The notes beneath the pieces are model-generated. The model made no database searches and was not told where the DNA came from. It worked only from the letters and a program-made list of their open reading frames with translations. Positions 18,014 through 27,541 of a DNA stretch of 64,000 nucleotides are shown here, piece after piece. The stretch's first letter is position 1, and each line of letters starts with the position of its first letter. The stretch comes from Clostridia bacterium (GTDB lineage: Bacteria > CBDUZB01 > JAGLHV01). The DNA lies in assembly GCA_030637025.1 (NCBI GenBank), contig DAOVVV010000001.1, positions 50,139 to 114,138 on the forward strand, given 5' to 3'. The position numbers and the translations under genes are program-made.

Positions 18014-19125
18014 TTGATATCTCTCTCCCTCCTTAAAGCTAACCCAAAAGCTACTACTAATGAAGGGGCCTCTTCGATAAATTGCTCCCCGGAAAACAAA
18101 TTAGTATCTATTTTTTCGCTATTAAAAGGATTATGTATTTCTACAGGAATATGTAATTCCTGGCTCATAAATTTATCCAGATTATTCAACCGCGCACTAC
18201 CACCGCTTAAAACTATCCGGCTAACAATTTTTTCTTCTGATTGAGTCTGATAATAATCAATAGAACGCTGAATTTCTTCAATAAGGGATTTTACCGCATT
18301 AACAATTATTTCGGAAATTTGCACTTTATCCTCATCATCTTCTTCTGTTTTTTCTACGCTTCTTTCATCAAACATGATCAACCCGTTTTCCAATTTCATC
18401 TTTTCGCCCGTTAAAAAATCTACCTGTAAATTTTTTTGCAATGCTTTAGTAAAATTATTTCCTCCAACAAGGACATCTCTTACCACCCGGCAAACTCCAT
18501 TTTCAACTATTACTATATTAGTAACTAAGGCACCGATATCAACTAACATAATATTTTCCCCTGCGCCTTGAGAAGTAGAACTTATTTCAAAAGCATTTTC
18601 TAAAGCAAAAGCATCTACATCCACAATAACAGGAATAAGCCCGGCTTCCTCAAGAATATCCGTACGATCTTGGATGATTTCTTTTTTTGAAGCAATTAAT
18701 ATTGTTTCCATCTTCTTCTGTCCTTCATCCATTACTTCACCCAGAATCTGAAATCCAATATTTACATCTTGTACACCAAAAGGTATATAGGGTTCTGCTT
18801 CAAATTGGATAGTCTTTTCTAATTCAGCATGAGAAAGGCTGGGAAATTTTACATAACGTACAATAACGGAATTACCCGATACAGAAGTTACTGCTTTTTT
18901 AATAGAGATTTTATTTTGAATAAGAAGCTTTTTTAAAGAATTTACTGCTGACTGTTTTCTGTCAAAAGGAGAGGATTCTGTATTATAATCAAGAGAGATA
19001 GGAGCACTTCCATATTTTAATAACTGATAATTATTTTCTCCTGTTTTCTTTAATTGCACAACTTTTATATTATGACTACCAATATCTACTCCAATTACTT
19101 CTTTGCTTTTTGAAAATAATCCCAT
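18010..19125 (-). CDS. pilM: Type IV pilus assembly ATPase-like protein PilM (actin/FtsA fold).
   Basis: 371 aa. The N-terminus VIGVDIGSHNIKVVQLKK and the later DIGALVTNIVIVENG are actin-like ATPase motifs. Confidence 0.85.
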   Translation of the reverse strand: MGLFSKSKEVIGVDIGSHNIKVVQLKKTGENNYQLLKYGSAPISLDYNTESSPFDRKQSAVNSLKKLLIQNKISIKKAVTSVSGNSVIVRYVKFPSLSHAELEKTIQFEAEPYIPFGVQDVNIGFQILGEVMDEGQKKMETILIASKKEIIQDRTDILEEAGLIPVIVDVDAFALENAFEISSTSQGAGENIMLVDIGALVTNIVIVENGVCRVVRDVLVGGNNFTKALQKNLQVDFLTGEKMKLENGLIMFDERSVEKTEEDDEDKVQISEIIVNAVKSLIEEIQRSIDYYQTQSEEKIVSRIVLSGGSARLNNLDKFMSQELHIPVEIHNPFNSEKIDTNLFSGEQFIEEAPSLVVAFGLALRRERDIK

Positions 19126-19194
19126 TTTTTTCCTTTCAATTAAGCTTAATTATTTTTTCCCTTCTGATATCAATAAAATCACTTTCGTCGCATT

Positions 19195-19986
19195 TCAAAA
19201 ATACCATATATTTAATTTGTTGTCAAGAAAAAAAACAGCACTCGCACACAAAAAAGGACCAAAAGGAATTGGTTGCCATTTTTTATTTTTACCTGTAATT
19301 CTTAAAAAGATTCCGATAATCGTCCCCCCCAGACAAGCTAAAAATAATACATCAAAAACTTTTTCTATCCCTAAAAAAGCACCTATGCCTGCAATTAACT
19401 TTACATCTCCTCCGCCCATAACTTCCCGCTTAAAAATTATTTCTCCCATTACAGCTATTAAATACATAATACCCCCGCCTAAAAGAAAACCTAAAAAAGA
19501 AGAAGAGAATCTTCCCCATAAAATATTATTTTTACCTCTAAAAATAAAAGTTAAAAAGTTCTCTAAAAACGGATTAAAAAAACTAAAAAACAAACCCAAC
19601 GCAATTAATAAAAACGATAACTCATCAGGTATTATCTGATGATAATAATCAATTACGGAAATAACAGTCAAAATCCATAAAAAAATCATTCCGATAAAAA
19701 AATTTATACTTAATCCAAAGGTTAAAAAAAGCCATACTGCCCCACCGGTAATAATAAATTCTACCAGTGGATAAGCATAAGAAATTTTTCCTTTACAAAA
19801 TCTACATTTTCCTTTTAAAAGAAAAAAACTTACCAGGGGAATATTATCATAAAACTTTATCGGAGTTTTACATAAGGGACAAAAAGAAAAAGGCATAACG
19901 ATAGATTTTTCCAATGGTATGCGGTAAATACAAACATTAGCAAAACTTCCTAACATTGCACTGAAAATTATAATAAAAAATAACAT
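19195..19986 (-). CDS. pilD: Prepilin peptidase PilD (A24 family).
   Basis: 263 aa. The N-terminal Cys cluster CPLCKTPIKFYDNIPLVSF...CRFC is present, and the multi-TM A24 catalytic region follows. Confidence 0.85.
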   Translation of the reverse strand: MLFFIIIFSAMLGSFANVCIYRIPLEKSIVMPFSFCPLCKTPIKFYDNIPLVSFFLLKGKCRFCKGKISYAYPLVEFIITGGAVWLFLTFGLSINFFIGMIFLWILTVISVIDYYHQIIPDELSFLLIALGLFFSFFNPFLENFLTFIFRGKNNILWGRFSSSFLGFLLGGGIMYLIAVMGEIIFKREVMGGGDVKLIAGIGAFLGIEKVFDVLFLACLGGTIIGIFLRITGKNKKWQPIPFGPFLCASAVFFLDNKLNIWYF

Positions 19987-20262
19987 TTATTAAAAATCTC
20001 CTAAATGATTTTTAGACTACAAAACCGAATATTCATTTTATAGCAAAATATATACTTTCTAAAATTTTATTCAATTTTTGCTTTTTATAAATTTGGATTA
20101 TTTATAAAAACTTAAGCATTAATTTTTTTCAAAAAAAAAAGGCCGGTGATTAGTAAATCAACAAGATTTATAACATTTATATAAAAATTATACCATCCCA
20201 TTTTTTCTTATCAATCAACCAACCACACAACCTTTTTTTCTGTCAGGCAAAAATTAAAAATT

Positions 20263-20700
20263 TTACCATTTACTAATTAGATTACCCTTAGTATCTGTAA
20301 GATCAGAATTGACAAATACCTTTCCATCAATACTACGATACCCCCATCCTTCAGAATTATCGTAAGCAGTAGTATTATCTACCACAGAACTATCCACCAC
20401 ACCGGATATTCCCAATTTCACCAGAGGTATTTCATCCAGGTATTTTCTAGCCCCTGAAGAAGTAATAACCGTAGTCAAATCCTCCAATTCGGAAGGTAAG
20501 TACCCCTCGTTATCCCCGTAATAAATAACTATTGCTGCCCGTAAAGCACCTAAGGAACCTTTAGTAGATGCTTCCTTTGATTTACGAATTAAATCCGCAA
20601 ATTTAGGAATAGCAATAGCTGCTAAAATACCAATAATAGCTACTACTATCATCAACTCTATAAGGGTAAAACCCTTTTTGCCCTTTTTAAATTTTAACAT
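20263..20700 (-). CDS. pilA: Type IVa pilin PilA.
   Basis: The leader MLKFKKGKKG is followed by FTLIELMIVVAIIGILAAIAIP (G-1, F+1, E+5). A GGAGGTG RBS sits 8 nt upstream of this ATG. The ORF listed to 20763 is an upstream extension. Confidence 0.85.
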   Translation of the reverse strand: MLKFKKGKKGFTLIELMIVVAIIGILAAIAIPKFADLIRKSKEASTKGSLGALRAAIVIYYGDNEGYLPSELEDLTTVITSSGARKYLDEIPLVKLGISGVVDSSVVDNTTAYDNSEGWGYRSIDGKVFVNSDLTDTKGNLISKW

Positions 20701-20751
20701 TATTTTTTTCACCTCCTTTTTTTTTATTTTAGTTAATTCCTCCTTTATATA

Positions 20752-20780
20752 AAAATAACACAAAAAATATTTTTTGTCAA
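20752..20780 (-). promoter_or_regulatory. Candidate sigma70-type promoter for pilA.
   Basis: On the minus strand: -35 TTGACA (20775-20780), 17-nt spacer, -10 TATTTT (20752-20757). A ~45-nt leader with a strong SD follows. Confidence 0.35.
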
Positions 20781-20805
20781 TTACAAAATATTTTCTTATC
20801 TTTTA

Positions 20806-22035
20806 TTATCCGACATTACCAGCCAATTGCCCCAATTCAAACATCGGTAAAAACATAGCAATAACAATTGCTCCCACCACGATCCCCATTACTACAATAA
20901 TTACCGGCTCAACTAAAGCGGTTAATCCTTCCACTGCTGCATCCACTTCCTGATCATAAAAATCAGCAATTTTATTTAACATCGTATCCAAATTTCCGGT
21001 TTCTTCCCCTACTGAAATCATCTGTACTACCATAGGAGGAAAGGCATCACTTTTTCTTAAAGGAGGGGCAATCCTTTCCCCTTCCCGAATACTATCCCGT
21101 GTATCTAAAATAACTTTTTCAATTACTACATTCCCCGATGTTTTGGCAACTGTGTCCAAAGCTTGTAAAATGGGTACTCCGCTTTTTATTAAGGTTCCCA
21201 ATGTCCTGGAAAATTTAGCAATAGCAACTTTACGTAACAAAGTACCAAATCCAGGAACTTTTAATAACAAAGTGTCTAGTATCATCCTTCCTTTTTTTGT
21301 ACTATAATATTGCCTTATACCAAATACAATACCTATCCCCGCCGCAAAAAAAAGCAATACATATCTCTTAACAAATTCACTAAGCCCGATTAAAATCTGG
21401 GTAGGTAAAGGCAAATCACCCCCGAAACTGGTAAAAATCTCTTTAAAAGCAGGAATTACCACTGTAAGTAAAAATACTGTCACCAGACCACAAACAAGAG
21501 AAATAACTGCCGGATAAATCATTGCTCCTTTTATTTTCCTTTTTAACTGTTCCGAAGATTCTAAATAGTTAGAAAGTCTCTCTAATATTACATCCAAGAC
21601 TCCACCTGTTTCCCCTGCTTTTACCATATTAACATACAACTCAGTAAAAACATTTGGATGTCTCCCTAAAGATTCAGTAATTGACAATCCCGATTCAATA
21701 TCCTCCCTCACGGCCACAACCACTGACTTAAAAGCCGGATTTTCCATTTGGTCGCCTAAAATAGTTAACCCCTGAACAATCGGAATACCAGCACTTACCA
21801 GAGTAGATAATTGCCGGCTAAATAACACCATATCTTTTGATTTTACTCTTGGCTTAAAAATATTTATTTTATCTAAAATGTCTTTTAAGGCAGTTTTTTT
21901 TATTTCCTGTATTTGTAAAACAATAAGTTTTTGGCCGCGTAAACGGTCTACTACCATTCTTTGTTCATTCGCAAACATTACCCCTTCACGAATTGAACCA
22001 GAAATTGTCTTTACTTTGTAACTATATTCCGGCAT
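20806..22035 (-). CDS. pilC: Type IV pilus inner-membrane platform protein PilC (GspF family).
   Basis: 409 aa with duplicated T2SS-F domains, including the GIPIVQ and GVPILQ motifs. Confidence 0.9.
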   Translation of the reverse strand: MPEYSYKVKTISGSIREGVMFANEQRMVVDRLRGQKLIVLQIQEIKKTALKDILDKINIFKPRVKSKDMVLFSRQLSTLVSAGIPIVQGLTILGDQMENPAFKSVVVAVREDIESGLSITESLGRHPNVFTELYVNMVKAGETGGVLDVILERLSNYLESSEQLKRKIKGAMIYPAVISLVCGLVTVFLLTVVIPAFKEIFTSFGGDLPLPTQILIGLSEFVKRYVLLFFAAGIGIVFGIRQYYSTKKGRMILDTLLLKVPGFGTLLRKVAIAKFSRTLGTLIKSGVPILQALDTVAKTSGNVVIEKVILDTRDSIREGERIAPPLRKSDAFPPMVVQMISVGEETGNLDTMLNKIADFYDQEVDAAVEGLTALVEPVIIVVMGIVVGAIVIAMFLPMFELGQLAGNVG

Positions 22036-22071
22036 AATTATTCACCTCCGGTATTTATATTATTTATTTTT

Positions 22072-23139
22072 TTATACACCTTTCCTCTGAATTAATCTTT
22101 TAAGATCATCTAAATCTAATGTGCTGGCTATTGCCTGGGCATAAGTAATCTGTCGACGTATATATAAACTATATAAAGAGGCATTCATCGTTTGCATCCC
22201 ATATTTTCCACCTGTCTGAAGAGCTAATTGAATCTGTTCTATTTTCTGCTCCCGTACTAAATTTCTAATCGCTGCAGTTACTATCATTACTTCACAGGCA
22301 AGTAACCGCCCTTTTCCACTGGCATGCACCAACAATTGCTGAGAATAAATTGCTTGTAAAACAAAAGATAATTGAGACCTAATCTGAGGTTGTTGATGGG
22401 GAGGAAAAACATCAATTATACGATTAACTGATTGAGCAGCATCTGTAGTGTGTAATGTAGCAAAAACCAAATGCCCTGTTTCTGCAATGGTCAAAGCAGC
22501 CGATATCGTCTCTAAATCCCTCATTTCTCCAACTAATATAATATCCGGATCCTGTCGCAAAACATATTTTAAAGCAACACCAAAAGAAGAGGTATCACTA
22601 CCAACTTCTCTTTGATTAACAATACAGTTTCCATGTGGATGAACATATTCAATGGGGTCCTCTATGGTCACTATATGTTGATGACGTTTTTCATTTAAAT
22701 AATGGATCATTGAAGCTAACGTGGTCGTCTTACCACTTCCTGTAGGCCCGGTCAATAAAACCAAACCCTTAGGAAGTTTCATTGTTTCATATATTACCGG
22801 GGGTAAACCCAATTCATCAAAGCTCATTATTTTCGTAGGAATAGAGCGTAAAGCCGCTCCCACAGAACCCCGTTGTCTAAAAACGTTCATTCTAATTCGG
22901 CCTATACTTTTTATTCCAAAAGATAAATCTAATTCATCCTGCGTTTCAAATTTTTCTTTCTGTTTATCGGTAAGTAAACTATAAATCAACCTTTGACAAA
23001 TATCAGGATTAAGACTGGGATACTCCAGAGTAACCATTTCTCCATCAATCCTGAGAACCGGCGGAGAACCTACTGTAAGATGTAAATCAGAAGCTCTCTT
23101 CTCTACCATCACCTGCAATAATTCTTCCATATTAATCAT
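22072..23139 (-). CDS. pilT: Twitching-motility retraction ATPase PilT.
   Basis: 355 aa. Walker A box GPTGSGKTTT, and the ASDLHL and AIRNLVRE motifs are typical of PilT. Confidence 0.9.
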   Translation of the reverse strand: MINMEELLQVMVEKRASDLHLTVGSPPVLRIDGEMVTLEYPSLNPDICQRLIYSLLTDKQKEKFETQDELDLSFGIKSIGRIRMNVFRQRGSVGAALRSIPTKIMSFDELGLPPVIYETMKLPKGLVLLTGPTGSGKTTTLASMIHYLNEKRHQHIVTIEDPIEYVHPHGNCIVNQREVGSDTSSFGVALKYVLRQDPDIILVGEMRDLETISAALTIAETGHLVFATLHTTDAAQSVNRIIDVFPPHQQPQIRSQLSFVLQAIYSQQLLVHASGKGRLLACEVMIVTAAIRNLVREQKIEQIQLALQTGGKYGMQTMNASLYSLYIRRQITYAQAIASTLDLDDLKRLIQRKGV

Positions 23140-23164
23140 AAAATCTTACTCCTTCTATTTAATT

Positions 23165-24910
23165 TTAATCAGCAAAAGTTACCCGCATTACTTCTTCTAC
23201 AGTAGTAGTTCCGGATAATAATTTTTTTACTGCCGATTCCCTCAAGGTTAGCATTCCGTCTTCACAGGCTGCTAGTTTTACTACATGGGTAGAAGCACGT
23301 TCCAAAATTAAATCCCTTAACCTATCAGTTACCTCCATTACTTCATAACAAGCTAAACGACCCCGATAACCGGTATTACTACAATTATCACAACCTTTTC
23401 CCCGATAAAGGGTAACCTTCTCCAGCCCTTTTAGTTCTTCCTTTTTTACCCCTAAACTATCAAGAGAATCAACATCTACTTCGTAAGACTCCTTACACTT
23501 CTTACAAATTACCCGGACTAACCTTTGAGCAATCACCATAACAACGGTAGAAGAGGTTAAAAATGGTTCAATTCCCATATTATTCAAACGGGTAAGGGCA
23601 CCAGGAGCATCATTGGTATGTAATGTAGAAAAAACTAAATGCCCGGTTAAAGCAGCATTAATAGCAATCTCCGCCGTTTCTGTATCTCGAATTTCCCCGA
23701 CCATAATAATATCCGGATCCTGTCTTAAAAAAGAGCGTAATCCCGCAGCAAAAGTTAAGCCGATATCCGGCTTTGCCTGCACCTGATTAATTCCTTCCAA
23801 CACATATTCTACCGGATCTTCAATCGTAACGATATTCTTATCCGGATAATTTAAGGTGGAAAGGGTAGAATAAAGGGTAGTCGATTTACCCGAACCTGTA
23901 GGCCCGGTTACTAAAACAATTCCATAAGGAATTTCAATGTTTTTATGATAAACACTTAAAGTTTCTCCTTCGAACCCTAATTTAGTTAAATCCAAACATA
24001 AAGCAGCTGCATCCAAAACACGCATAACAACTTTTTCCCCAAAAGCAGTAGGCAAAATTGAAACACGCAAGTCAATTTCTCTCCCGGCAACTTTAATTTT
24101 AATACGACCATCCTGAGGAAGCCGCCTTTCGGCAATATCTAAAGAAGACATAATTTTTATTCGGGAAGCTATTGCATTTTGTAGTTTCTTAGGAGGAGCC
24201 TTTGCCTGATGTAATACTCCATCAACCCGGTAACGAATTCGTAAAGTTTTTTCATAAGGCTCTATATGAATATCCGATGCTCCCATTTTAATGGCTTCAG
24301 CCAAAAGTAAATTTACAATTTTAACTACAGGAGCATCTTCGGCGGCTAAAGCCAGTGCAGATGTATCTTCATCTCCTTGCGTCTCATTTACTACTTCCAA
24401 ATCATCGGCTTCTCCCGATTCCATTTCTTTTAAAATATCATCCATCGAACCCTTACCGGATGTTCCATAATACTTTTCAATAGCGCTTTTAATTTCTGAT
24501 TCGGAAGCAATAACCACATTCACATCACAACCGGTCATTAATCGCAAATCATCTACCGCAAAAACATTCATCGGATCTGCCATAGCAATAGTAAGCACAT
24601 TCTTTTTTTTAGTAATGGGAATCACTAACTGTCGTTTGACCATGCTCTCAGGAACAGAATTTATTACTTCTTTAGGAATATCACCATACTCCTGTAAGCT
24701 AACAAAAGAAATACCAAATTGTTTTCCCAAAAAAGCCAGAAGAACATCTTCGGAAATATATTCGCGAGAAAGTAAAACTTTACCTAACTTCATTCCTGTT
24801 TTTTTTTGTTCTTCGGTAGCTTCTTTAAGTTGTTCTTCGGTTATAATACCTACCTCTACCAAAAGATTTCCCAATTTCTCCTTAATAACCGTTGCTGGTC
24901 TTACTGCCAT
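23165..24910 (-). CDS. pilB: Type IV pilus extension ATPase PilB (GspE family).
   Basis: 581 aa. N-terminal T2SSE_N domain, Walker A box GPTGSGKSTT, and a C-terminal tetracysteine zinc motif CKKC...CDNC. Confidence 0.9.
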   Translation of the reverse strand: MAVRPATVIKEKLGNLLVEVGIITEEQLKEATEEQKKTGMKLGKVLLSREYISEDVLLAFLGKQFGISFVSLQEYGDIPKEVINSVPESMVKRQLVIPITKKKNVLTIAMADPMNVFAVDDLRLMTGCDVNVVIASESEIKSAIEKYYGTSGKGSMDDILKEMESGEADDLEVVNETQGDEDTSALALAAEDAPVVKIVNLLLAEAIKMGASDIHIEPYEKTLRIRYRVDGVLHQAKAPPKKLQNAIASRIKIMSSLDIAERRLPQDGRIKIKVAGREIDLRVSILPTAFGEKVVMRVLDAAALCLDLTKLGFEGETLSVYHKNIEIPYGIVLVTGPTGSGKSTTLYSTLSTLNYPDKNIVTIEDPVEYVLEGINQVQAKPDIGLTFAAGLRSFLRQDPDIIMVGEIRDTETAEIAINAALTGHLVFSTLHTNDAPGALTRLNNMGIEPFLTSSTVVMVIAQRLVRVICKKCKESYEVDVDSLDSLGVKKEELKGLEKVTLYRGKGCDNCSNTGYRGRLACYEVMEVTDRLRDLILERASTHVVKLAACEDGMLTLRESAVKKLLSGTTTVEEVMRVTFAD

Positions 24911-24983
24911 TTTTTACTCCTGATTATTTATTTGAAATTATAAAAAATTTTTATTCACTTAAAATAAATTTATCCCAAAAAAA

Positions 24984-25472
24984 CTATTTTGTCAATGATA
25001 ATTTTTTTTCCAATGCTTTCTCTACCACTCCGGGCACTAATCCCTCTACCCTGCCCCCCAGTCTAACCACTTCTTTTATCAGACTGGAACTTAAATAAGT
25101 ATAATCCTGACTGGGCATTAAAAAAACACTTTCTATACAGGAATTTAATCTTCTGTTCATTAAGGCTATTTGAAATTCATATTCAAAATCCGAAACTGCC
25201 CTCAAACCTCTAATAATTATACAAACATTTATTTGCTGTAAATAATCAACCAATAATCCATTAAATTGCTCAACTCTAACCCGGGATAAATCCCGTACAG
25301 TTGCCCGAAGCATTTCTATTCTTTCCTGCGTATTAAAAAGTACACGCTTAGCCGGGCTATCCACTACTGCTACTGTTACTCGGTCAAACATCTGCAAAGC
25401 TCTTTTTATTATATCCAGATGTCCATTAGTTACCGGATCAAAAGTACCCGGATAAACAGCTTCTCTATTCAT
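24984..25472 (-). CDS. coaD: Phosphopantetheine adenylyltransferase CoaD.
   Basis: MNREAVYPGTFDPVTNGHLDII with the T/HxGH motif. A GGAGTG RBS sits 9 nt upstream of the ATG at 25472. The listed ORF start at 25487 is a TTG. Confidence 0.9.
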   Translation of the reverse strand: MNREAVYPGTFDPVTNGHLDIIKRALQMFDRVTVAVVDSPAKRVLFNTQERIEMLRATVRDLSRVRVEQFNGLLVDYLQQINVCIIIRGLRAVSDFEYEFQIALMNRRLNSCIESVFLMPSQDYTYLSSSLIKEVVRLGGRVEGLVPGVVEKALEKKLSLTK

Positions 25473-25490
25473 ATTCTTACACTCCAAATT

Positions 25491-25621
25491 TTTCGCGTAG
25501 AGGTGGACTTACCCACCCTTTGAGTCTTTCGGACGACCAAGGGTCGCCCCTACATTAACTCCCATCTGTTGTCTTTTTTCCGTTGTCTATGGACTATCGA
25601 CTATGGACTATGGACTATTTT
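25491..25621. repeat. Second copy of the intergenic element: a GC hairpin plus TATGGAC heptad repeats.
   Basis: It shares tttcgcg...cccacc(c)tttgag(c/t)ctttcgg(g/a)cgaccaagggtcgcccctaca and gttgtctatggactatcgact(a/g)tggactatggact with 12171-12360. It lies between the stop of the upstream OMP gene and the coaD RBS. Confidence 0.5.
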
Positions 25622-25626
25622 ATAAT

Positions 25627-26769
25627 TTAAAATTTAAAGGACATACTCATCAAATGCTGCCAATCATCCCTTTGCCCGGCATAAGTGCCCAACTCTTCTC
25701 CGTAAAAAGCATATTCCAAAAAAACAAGTTTAAACCCAAGAGCAGGATATCCCTGATTAAACCCTCCCCGCAATTTAAGAAAGGTATACACGTCATATTC
25801 CAATCCTAAATGAATCCTTTTATAAAAATCTTTTTTCTGGCCAAAATCATCTATATCACAAGCCAACATCAAATTGTTTACTTTAAAATAAGCATCTTTC
25901 CAATAATAAATTTTTTTAGGTTTAAAAGACACCCCCAAATTTAAGCTTACCGGTATTACCGAGCTTCCTCCATCATCCCATTTTATATTTGTACCCGCAA
26001 AATTAGTCAGAGTAGCAGCTAATATCAATCTCTTATCTAATAACCTGTACATTGCTCCAAAATCAACGCCCATTCCGCAACCTCTGCGCAATAAATCATC
26101 AAACTCTATATCTTCATATTCTTCCACACTGCGAAAATCATCTGCTTTATACCTTTGAAGATAGCGTATAGTCATCCCGGTAGATATAGGCTCGAGTATA
26201 TTAGAATAAAAAGGCAAGTTGAATTCCCGGGCTAAAGAAAAGGCCACCATTATATCACCCTTAGCCTTCACCCCTAATTTAGGAACAAATATACCCATAT
26301 CCATATTTATCTCCTGCCTGGTAGCAGTATAAAAACCCAATCCCCAGTTAAATAAAGAACCCGGATATAAAAAACTAAAATTAGTTCCTGCCTTTATAAC
26401 CGCTCTTCTATCAGTCAGTATTTCATTTTTCAATTTATCCGGAACATCCGCCCAGTATTGGTCCCCACCCATTACATCTTCCATATCCTCATCCATCAAC
26501 ATATCAGCTATTTTAAAAACATCATCATTAAAACCGACCATTAATAAATTACAGGTAAACTTCCATTTATTTAAATAACTTAAACCTGCCGAATTATATA
26601 AAAGAACATCCTCATTATCCGCCATTCCCAGGCTTGCTCCCCCCATAGATACAGCACGTATACTTTCGCAAACACTTTTTTCTTCCCCGGCCCATAACGA
26701 AGAAATCAATAAACAACAAATAATTATTTGTAAAAATATTAAAAGAAATTTTTTATAATAATTAAACAT
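25627..26769 (-). CDS. Putative outer-membrane beta-barrel protein (FadL/TodX-like or unknown family).
   Basis: 380 aa with a signal peptide. The N-terminal motif AVSMGGASLGMADNEDVLLYNSAGL and the C-terminal ...MSMSFKF (terminal Phe) are typical of OM barrels. Confidence 0.45.
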   Translation of the reverse strand: MFNYYKKFLLIFLQIIICCLLISSLWAGEEKSVCESIRAVSMGGASLGMADNEDVLLYNSAGLSYLNKWKFTCNLLMVGFNDDVFKIADMLMDEDMEDVMGGDQYWADVPDKLKNEILTDRRAVIKAGTNFSFLYPGSLFNWGLGFYTATRQEINMDMGIFVPKLGVKAKGDIMVAFSLAREFNLPFYSNILEPISTGMTIRYLQRYKADDFRSVEEYEDIEFDDLLRRGCGMGVDFGAMYRLLDKRLILAATLTNFAGTNIKWDDGGSSVIPVSLNLGVSFKPKKIYYWKDAYFKVNNLMLACDIDDFGQKKDFYKRIHLGLEYDVYTFLKLRGGFNQGYPALGFKLVFLEYAFYGEELGTYAGQRDDWQHLMSMSFKF

Positions 26770-26833
26770 TTTTTCTTCCCCTTTCTTCTCTAAAAATTAA
26801 AGATATAAATTCTAAACAATTAAACCTATTTAT

Positions 26834-27541
26834 TTATGGACGATATTGGTCAATATGTTCTAAAATATCATCTACGGCATCTTGTACTTCTTGCGTTTCT
26901 TCTCCCATTGCCGCAGCAATAGCTTCGACAGCCAAAGGCAATAATTCTTCTATCGTATCCAGAATATCATTTATCTCATCATCCGACAAATGCTCTAAAT
27001 TAGTTAATTCAAAAAAACCATCCTGGTTGAATTGCCACATAATTTGTCTGAATTTTACCATAGGATAAGTTATTGCTTCTAAAGCACAACTCATCCCATA
27101 ATCTATATAGATATGACGAGGCTGAATCTCCCCGTGACAACGGCCATAATAAACATCGCGTAAAATATTCCTCACTTCCGAAGAAACATTATAAATAGAA
27201 TCTATTTCTTCATCAGAAAAATCAAACAAATATTCCGCTGTTTGGGGATCACTAAAATCTAAAGCTAAATCAAAAATATCTTTTTTTAAATATAACCTTG
27301 CATAAGCTTTAGCATAACCATAACGCGCATCGGAATTTCCCGAATCACAATCTATTGCACTTCTAAAAGCATAAACAGCCGAAGCATAATCCCGTTCATC
27401 CAGGTATTTTTGTCCCCGGGCAATATGTTCATCGACACTACCTGTCGGCATATGCAAAAATTCAAAAATATTACACCCGCATAATCCCATAACCAGCAAA
27501 AAAACAGATAAAACAAGTATTTTTTTACTTTTTTTTATCAT
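26834..27541 (-). CDS. Hypothetical lipoprotein with a TPR-like N-terminal region.
   Basis: Lipobox LVMGLCGC, 235 aa, acidic C-terminus. Overlaps the panC start by 4 nt. Confidence 0.5.
   Translation of the reverse strand: MIKKSKKILVLSVFLLVMGLCGCNIFEFLHMPTGSVDEHIARGQKYLDERDYASAVYAFRSAIDCDSGNSDARYGYAKAYARLYLKKDIFDLALDFSDPQTAEYLFDFSDEEIDSIYNVSSEVRNILRDVYYGRCHGEIQPRHIYIDYGMSCALEAITYPMVKFRQIMWQFNQDGFFELTNLEHLSDDEINDILDTIEELLPLAVEAIAAAMGEETQEVQDAVDDILEHIDQYRP

Noticed and set aside
20701-20763. 5' extension of the pilin ORF (MCYFYIKEELTKIKKKEVKKI).
   Set aside because: A strong GGAGGTG RBS sits 8 nt before the internal ATG, and the canonical prepilin leader begins there. The extension overlaps the predicted promoter and leader.
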